Made by a program: the position numbers and the translations under genes | NCBI GenBank assembly: GCA_002733105.1 | Contig: NVUI01000008.1 | Location: 50,507 to 114,506, forward strand | Source: Methylophaga sp. | GTDB taxonomy: Bacteria; Pseudomonadota; Gammaproteobacteria; Nitrosococcales; Methylophagaceae | Direction of reading: 5' to 3' | Length of the DNA: 64,000 bases | The notes under the pieces: model-generated | The model's input: the letters and a program-made list of their open reading frames with translations, nothing else | Databases searched by the model: none | What the model was told of the DNA's origin: nothing | Part shown: positions 58,268 through 64,000 of the stretch, in pieces | Layout of the letters: each line of letters opens with the position of its first letter | How positions within the stretch are numbered: the stretch's first letter is position 1

Positions 58268-58519
58268 TTAATCGTGTTGACCTGAAACCAGTTGTTGGAA
58301 AAATGCTTCGCCATCTGCAGTATTTTTGTCTGTTTTTGCTGTTATAGCGCGATCTTGCAATAACCTTAGCTTCAATGATTCTATATCGTTATATTCATCA
58401 ATCGATATCATCACTGCAACAGGTTTACCATTTTTGTTGATTTGAACTGGCTCTCGTTGGGCATTTAGTAATAAATTACCAAACTGTGTTTTTGCTTCAT
58501 TTGCTGAAAGTGCTTTCAT
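58268..58519 (-). CDS. Phd/YefM-family type II antitoxin
   Basis: 83 aa with SANEAKTQFGNLL..AQREPV.I.KNGKPVAVMISIDEY, the classic Phd/YefM N-terminal fold. Confidence 0.85.
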   Translation of the reverse strand: MKALSANEAKTQFGNLLLNAQREPVQINKNGKPVAVMISIDEYNDIESLKLRLLQDRAITAKTDKNTADGEAFFQQLVSGQHD

Positions 58520-58560
58520 GTTTTCACCGCCTGTTTCGTTCGATTTGTCCGTTTTAATTC

Positions 58561-58589
58561 ATTTTAAGTCTATCGCTAATAAATTTCAA
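58561..58589 (-). promoter_or_regulatory. sigma-70-type promoter for phd-parE (and potentially recB-recD)
   Basis: The minus strand reads TTGAAA-17 nt-TAAAAT. The -10 element ends 41 nt upstream of the phd ATG. Confidence 0.5.
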
Positions 58590-58610
58590 CTCCATACCTG
58601 TCACCAGACC

Positions 58611-61600
58611 TTATAACTCACCCTCAAGCAAATGGGCTTGCAACGGCTCATAGACCGCTAAAGCTATTGTTTTAAACTGATCATCTAGTGGTGGATCAAT
58701 ATAAACTTGTTGATAATATAAATCGTCTTTTTCACCTGAGAAGTACATATTACCTTCCCATGCAGCTGTCATTGCCGAGTCAGTTTTATTCCCTTTCAAA
58801 CTTGCTTTAGCAAAGGCATAACTAGTGTTGGGCAACAAAGGCAAAGCTTGCTGTAAACCTTGCCAATACAATGCCAATAAATCAGTTAATATTGCTTCGG
58901 CATCTTTAACCGCTTTGAAATGATAGTCTTTATCTTCGGTTATCCAGTGACTTTCACCTTTTATGTTTTCTGGCTGCAAACAATTCAAAATAAGATGTCG
59001 GATCCAAACGGTTACTAACTCACTTCCTTTAGCTTTGCCCATGCGATAGCCAAATAAACCCTCACTCGTCATTCCTTCTAATTGACCTTGAAGTGTAAAG
59101 CCGTTTAGGGTTAATTCAAACGGTAGAGGAACTAGAAATTCTTCTGGATAATGGGGTAATAATTTATCCGCAAACACATCAACCTTGTCTGCCTGCTCAT
59201 TAAAAACATAATCACCCACACTACCTTGCGGTAAAACACCTGTTGCCTGAATTAAAGGCAACGCTTCTGCCAACTTATTATTTTGCAAACGTTGTTGCAA
59301 CAACTGTTGACGTAAAGACCAAGCTTGCAAGCCATCCAAATCAAAGGGTTCGCGCGTTTCTAATTGCTCATCATCCAATGCTAACCAAAGTCCAAGACGC
59401 TGCTGCAATAAAAACCGAGCAGGATGCCGATAAAATTTAACTAATGAGCCAAGACTAAGATGACGCCATGATTGATCAGGCTCAGGTAAGGCATGTTCAA
59501 ACCAGCCGATATTATTGGCATCGTCTTTATCATTTGGTGGGCAATGAGCGGTCACATAACTAAATAATTTTGGCGATGAATCATCAAAATAACGCTGGCT
59601 AAATGCCTGTAATGGATGTTGGGTAAAAAGTTGTTGCCAAATATCATCACCATCAGTTGTTTCAAAACTTAGCCGTAATACATCGCGTACATCACTCACT
59701 AATACTGAAGGTGGAATAGCTGAATTGTCATATATGCTCGCACCCACATAGCTGATATAAAAATGAGCTTGTGCCGACAATATTGCTTCTAAGAATAAAT
59801 AACGGTCTTCATCACGTTGTGAACGGTCTCCTTTTCGTGGCGGTGTTTGAGATAATAAATCAAAGCCGGGGGTAGTTTGTCTTCGTGGAAAACTGGCATC
59901 GTTCATGCCAATTAAACAAACAACATTAAAAGGGATACTCCGCATCGGTACCATGCCACAAAAAGTTACACCATGGCCCATAAAACGCATTTGAGTTTGG
60001 TTCAGATCTAAGTGGCTATCAAACCATTCTTTAACCAAATCTATGGTGATAGTTTGCTTAAAACTGGCCAATTCAGTTGTTTCTACCAAACTGTCTAACG
60101 TCTTTCTAATGAGTAGCAATTCAGCCTGTTCAGTCGAATTATCTGCTGAGGGTAAAAAGAAAGTATCTAACAGCGCCAATAACAGTTGCTGCCACTGCTG
60201 AGTGGTATGTTGGCCTGTTAACCGTTGCCGATAACGATCTAGACTATCTACAAAACTACATAATTGCGCCATAGTTTCGGCACGATCACCACTAATGTCA
60301 TCAAAACCTAATTTGCCCTCAAATAAAAGATCTGCAGATTCAGGCATGGCATAACCAAGCAATAAACGATCTAACCCTGCTCGCCAAGTATTAGCTTCAG
60401 TTGCAGGCAAACCTAAGGCTGTTTTGTCATCAGCTGACAGACCCCAACGTGTATGTGTATCTCTTAACCAACGCCGGATCAGTTCTAGTTGCTGTTGATC
60501 TAATAGAAAACGATGTTGAATGGACTCACATTCTAATAATGCAACAATACTTTCAATATCAAATCTTGATTGGGGTAAAGCTAATAAACCATTAAATGCG
60601 GTTAATAATTGGCTTTGGCTTTTTATTCCTCCATCGGCAATGCTATACGGAATAAAGTGTTCACTGGCAGCACAGCCAAATACCGCATCAATCCATGGTG
60701 AATAAATCTCAATATCTGATGTCATCACCACCACATCAGTCGGTGATAAATCAGCATGGCGTTCAAATAAGGCTAATAACTGATCATGTAACACTTCAAT
60801 TTCACGCATGGCACTATGGCATGAATGCACCATCATAGAGTCATCATCAATGGCTATTGGCTGTTTTTTATCGGTCGCATCAATGTCGGTTAAAGCATAA
60901 ATATCGTAGTGTAATTTTTCTAGTAATGTTCGCTGCTCAGGCACAGAAAAAAATGACTCTTCTGCTACGTTACATGTTTGTAATTGCTCAAAAAAATCTT
61001 GTCCTTGTTTACCTAAACTTGCTAATAAAGGATGACCCGTCGTCAAATACTGATCTTGCTGTTCGGACTGCAACTCTCTTTTAGATCGGCTTTTGGGGCT
61101 GACTAAATCGCCCCAATAATCATCACTGGGTGATAAGAAAAACAAGTCAATATCACAGTGACGTGACATCAATTCAAACAACTCCAGATAAACAGGTGGC
61201 AATGCCGACAAACCAAAAACAGCAATCCGTTCAGGCAAGCCTTCTGGTTTAGTTTGAACAGCTGTTAAATAGTCCTTTAACTGAAACAACAGATTGGCTC
61301 GATGTAATGGCTTGCTATCACCTTGTGTTAACAATTGCCATAATTTGGCTTGCCAATGTGGTTTATCACCTTGTTCCCATGCTTGGATCCAGTCTGGGCG
61401 ATACATTAAATATTGGTCAAAGCTATCAGCAATACGTTGTGCTAAATCATAACGTTTTATGGCATCATCTTGTTCTCCAAGATAGGCATTAACTGACTCA
61501 AATCCTGTTTGTTGACGACATTCTGGTAATAGCTCATAAAGTCGCCATGCCATTGCGTCTTTAGAAAAAGATGATTGTTGAGGAATATCAGGTAACATTC

Positions 61601-61820
61601 GTCTAAACAGTGACCAGATAAAAGCAGAGGGATAAGGGAAATCAATATGGCTGGCCACACCATGATGCTTGGCTAAAAATAATGATAACCAACGAGCAAG
61701 CTCATTACTCTGCACAATCACCGTTTCAGCTTCTAAGGGCGAGATAGGTTGAGACTGTTGTAATTCAGCAAGCCGTGTAGCTAATTGTGTCAGGTCATTA
61801 CTATATAACACTCTCAGCAT
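58611..61820 (-). CDS. recC: exodeoxyribonuclease V subunit gamma RecC
   Basis: 1069 aa. N-terminus MLRVLYSN.L..L, with colinear RecC blocks throughout (IVQS....RWL, PDWI..WE.G, ...). Confidence 0.93.
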   Translation of the reverse strand: MLRVLYSNDLTQLATRLAELQQSQPISPLEAETVIVQSNELARWLSLFLAKHHGVASHIDFPYPSAFIWSLFRRMLPDIPQQSSFSKDAMAWRLYELLPECRQQTGFESVNAYLGEQDDAIKRYDLAQRIADSFDQYLMYRPDWIQAWEQGDKPHWQAKLWQLLTQGDSKPLHRANLLFQLKDYLTAVQTKPEGLPERIAVFGLSALPPVYLELFELMSRHCDIDLFFLSPSDDYWGDLVSPKSRSKRELQSEQQDQYLTTGHPLLASLGKQGQDFFEQLQTCNVAEESFFSVPEQRTLLEKLHYDIYALTDIDATDKKQPIAIDDDSMMVHSCHSAMREIEVLHDQLLALFERHADLSPTDVVVMTSDIEIYSPWIDAVFGCAASEHFIPYSIADGGIKSQSQLLTAFNGLLALPQSRFDIESIVALLECESIQHRFLLDQQQLELIRRWLRDTHTRWGLSADDKTALGLPATEANTWRAGLDRLLLGYAMPESADLLFEGKLGFDDISGDRAETMAQLCSFVDSLDRYRQRLTGQHTTQQWQQLLLALLDTFFLPSADNSTEQAELLLIRKTLDSLVETTELASFKQTITIDLVKEWFDSHLDLNQTQMRFMGHGVTFCGMVPMRSIPFNVVCLIGMNDASFPRRQTTPGFDLLSQTPPRKGDRSQRDEDRYLFLEAILSAQAHFYISYVGASIYDNSAIPPSVLVSDVRDVLRLSFETTDGDDIWQQLFTQHPLQAFSQRYFDDSSPKLFSYVTAHCPPNDKDDANNIGWFEHALPEPDQSWRHLSLGSLVKFYRHPARFLLQQRLGLWLALDDEQLETREPFDLDGLQAWSLRQQLLQQRLQNNKLAEALPLIQATGVLPQGSVGDYVFNEQADKVDVFADKLLPHYPEEFLVPLPFELTLNGFTLQGQLEGMTSEGLFGYRMGKAKGSELVTVWIRHLILNCLQPENIKGESHWITEDKDYHFKAVKDAEAILTDLLALYWQGLQQALPLLPNTSYAFAKASLKGNKTDSAMTAAWEGNMYFSGEKDDLYYQQVYIDPPLDDQFKTIALAVYEPLQAHLLEGEL

Positions 61821-61929
61821 CGTGATATTCTACCCTTGTGTAATTTTTAGCGCTTAAATTAGTCTGTTACCAAACATCAGATACCATAACAAAAGTTTTG
61901 GGCTTTGTTTGTTTTTTAAATTATTAATA

Positions 61930-63378
61930 ATGGATTTTTCTATGATTCGATTCACCTACCGATCTATCAAATTACTGGTATTCAATAAATACGTATTGAC
62001 CTGCTTGATTTTAGCGGCTGTATTTATTGCTGGTATCTTTGCTAACAACAGAGTATTTGCTCCAGATCTACACCGTCTTTATATGGAAAGCATGATGGTA
62101 AATGATCAACCTCCTGTCATACTTATCCATGGTGTTTTAGGTAGCAAATTACGCGACAAAAATACTAATGAAGATCTGTGGCCTGGCTCAGCTAGTCGCC
62201 TATTTTTGCATGACTATTCTGATATCGCCTTTGATATCGACTCCGATACCTTAATCCCCATGTCTAGCAATATTGAGGCTTATGCCATATCAGAAGGTGC
62301 AGTAGGCAAAGACTTTTACGGAAAAATTGTGCGTACACTGGGTGACTCTGCTGGTTATAAATTAGCCAAAACAGGCGAAAAAATCGATCCAAAACAAAAA
62401 AATTACTATGTATTCCACTACGACTGGCGACAAGATAATGTTATCAGTGCAGGGCAACTAGCTGATTTTATCGACCAAATTCAACTTGATTATGATGATC
62501 CTGATTTAAAAGTCGATATTGTTGCCCACAGCATGGGCGGGCTCATTACCCGTTATTACATTCGATACGGCAAGCAAGATGTGATTGGAGATAATGAGTT
62601 TGATAAAAAAATCACCATGTATGGTGGTGACCATGTTCGACGAGTCATTCTGTTAGGCACACCTAACCTGGGTTCAGTTAAAACACTTAACTTATTTATT
62701 AATGGCGTTGATATTGGCTTCAAACAAATAGGTACTGAAACACTGGCAACGATGCCTAGCTTGTATCAATTATTCCCTCATCCACTCAATAATTGGATCG
62801 TTAATGGTAAAGGAGAACCCCTTGATCGTGACTTATTTGATATCGAGATTTGGCGACGATTCCAATGGTCTATCTTTGATCCAAAAGTCAGACAGCGCGT
62901 TCTTGCTAAATTTGAATCTAAAGATGAAGGCGACAAATATCTAGCGACCCTCGAACGCTACTTTGAACAACAACTTGAACGAGCACGACGATTTGTCTGG
63001 TCATTAACTATTCCCTTGCCAGAAAATCATCCTAAATTAACTATCTTTGGTGGTGGTTGCACACTGACATCTGCCAGAATTGTGGTTGAAGAAGTCGACG
63101 GTGAATCACTTATCCGTATGTATCCTAAAGAAATTACTCAAGCTGTAGCAGGTGTTGATTATGATGCTTTATTGTTAGAGCCAGGCGATGGATCAGTCAC
63201 TAAAGCCTCACTATTAGGCCGAAATATTTTGGATCCGAGTATCAAACGACACGAATATATTTTCTTACCGGTGAAACAATCGTTTTTCTTATGCGTCTCT
63301 CATAACAGTTTGACAGGTAATCTTAATTTCCAAGATAACTTGTTGAACACATTACTTTCTAGAGACGATGCTGAATAA
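61930..63378 (+). CDS. alpha/beta-hydrolase, LCAT/PGAP1-like lipase-acyltransferase family, membrane-anchored
   Basis: N-terminal TM and an AHSMGG nucleophile elbow preceded by PVILIHGVLGS. The first ATG is at 61930; the tracked ORF begins at a TTG at 61909. Confidence 0.65.
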   Translation: MDFSMIRFTYRSIKLLVFNKYVLTCLILAAVFIAGIFANNRVFAPDLHRLYMESMMVNDQPPVILIHGVLGSKLRDKNTNEDLWPGSASRLFLHDYSDIAFDIDSDTLIPMSSNIEAYAISEGAVGKDFYGKIVRTLGDSAGYKLAKTGEKIDPKQKNYYVFHYDWRQDNVISAGQLADFIDQIQLDYDDPDLKVDIVAHSMGGLITRYYIRYGKQDVIGDNEFDKKITMYGGDHVRRVILLGTPNLGSVKTLNLFINGVDIGFKQIGTETLATMPSLYQLFPHPLNNWIVNGKGEPLDRDLFDIEIWRRFQWSIFDPKVRQRVLAKFESKDEGDKYLATLERYFEQQLERARRFVWSLTIPLPENHPKLTIFGGGCTLTSARIVVEEVDGESLIRMYPKEITQAVAGVDYDALLLEPGDGSVTKASLLGRNILDPSIKRHEYIFLPVKQSFFLCVSHNSLTGNLNFQDNLLNTLLSRDDAE

Positions 63379-63388
63379 GGGGTAATAG

Positions 63389-64000
63389 ATGTCATTTTAC
63401 CAACAAATAATACTGAAATTTCTGCTCAGCAGCACATTGTTAGTGGTGTCATTTTCACTCACAGCTGCCAGCCAAGATGTCATCTATCTTGAACAGAACT
63501 GGTCAGATGAAGATCGACAATATTTTTATTTTGCTGATCAAGGTTCTCGCCTTATTCCTTATGATTATTTTCTGAACCTTGAACAAGCTGAAAATGAGAC
63601 CTTGCTACGCAGTGATGAAAATATGCTTCGTTTTGGTTTTATCCCTGCATCAAAAAGCAAAAACAATCCTGATAGTTTGCCTATAGGTTTGGCTCGAAAT
63701 GGTGATCATATGGGGCCGACTTGTGCAGCATGTCATACCCAGCAAATCACCTATCAAGATCATATTGTTCGCATTGATGGTGGCCAAGCTTTTATTGACC
63801 TTAACCTATTTCTTACGGAGATAGCGTCTTCATTAAAAATAACGTTAGAAGATCAACATAAATTTGTTCGCTTTCAGCAACGGCTGTTAGGTGATAACGC
63901 TTCTAGTGCCCAACAGGCAACGCTAAAACAATCATTAGAAACAGTCTATGAAAAACGTAAGAATCAGATTGTAGCTAACCATTCTGATGTTGTTTCTGGC
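63389..64000 (+). CDS. secreted heme-c (CxxCH) protein, di-heme peroxidase-like, N-terminal part (3' end outside window)
   Basis: This ORF is not in the supplied track because no stop falls in the window. From ATG 63389 the frame is open for 204 codons to the window edge. It has a signal peptide (..SLTAASQ/DV) and a CAACH heme-binding motif. Confidence 0.6.
   Translation, partial: MSFYQQIILKFLLSSTLLVVSFSLTAASQDVIYLEQNWSDEDRQYFYFADQGSRLIPYDYFLNLEQAENETLLRSDENMLRFGFIPASKSKNNPDSLPIGLARNGDHMGPTCAACHTQQITYQDHIVRIDGGQAFIDLNLFLTEIASSLKITLEDQHKFVRFQQRLLGDNASSAQQATLKQSLETVYEKRKNQIVANHSDVVSG

Noticed and set aside
1-64000. CRISPR arrays, rRNA/tRNA genes, IS elements and prophage genes
   Set aside because: No spaced direct repeats, no cloverleaf-like or rRNA-like conserved stretches, and no transposase, integrase or capsid-like ORFs were seen. 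All tandem repeats found are inside coding regions. Detecting tRNAs and sRNAs by eye is unreliable, so tRNAscan/Infernal should confirm this.

Overview
This is a 64-kb chromosomal segment from an AT-rich gammaproteobacterium. Gene content and order look marine Alteromonadales/Vibrionales-like, but the taxon cannot be fixed from sequence alone. Most of the window is ordinary housekeeping DNA: a partial LMW-PTP, nhaD, DAHP synthase, a periplasmic alpha-carbonic anhydrase, nhaR-nhaA, rnfABCDGE-nth, cytochrome c5, metY, rhlE, rep, yifB/comM, ppnP, ubiK, a 927-aa DUF2339 membrane protein, ypfJ, an RND pump pair, yjgR/DUF853 and recC-recB-recD. Four accessory elements stand out. (1) An MNIO (DUF692)/DUF2063 peptide-modification operon (13.2-15.5 kb) has a bufferin-like Cys-rich precursor that is internally repeated and carries a lipobox. 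A frameshifted short paralogue sits in the canonical precursor position. (2) An 11.9-kb Fur-regulated island (29.3-41.2 kb) is bracketed by 132-bp direct repeats of the ypfJ 3' end. It encodes exbB-exbD-exbD-tonB, a FecI/FecR pair, a 1037-aa STN-type TonB-dependent receptor, a non-lipidated TbpB/hemophilin-like beta-barrel cargo, a Slam (DUF560) translocon and an extra secreted TPR protein. (3) A Phd/ParE toxin-antitoxin pair with its own promoter is wedged between recC and recB. (4) A second, orphan STN-type TonB-dependent receptor shares a Fur-box promoter module with the island, has a collapsed PepSY partner gene, and follows about 1 kb of apparently decayed non-coding DNA. Several small genes look frameshifted (12825-13222, 14891-15063, and the HPP gene at a T8 tract). 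I saw no rRNA, tRNA, CRISPR array, integrase or transposase. All calls rest on reading the translated ORFs and the DNA by eye; no database search was run.
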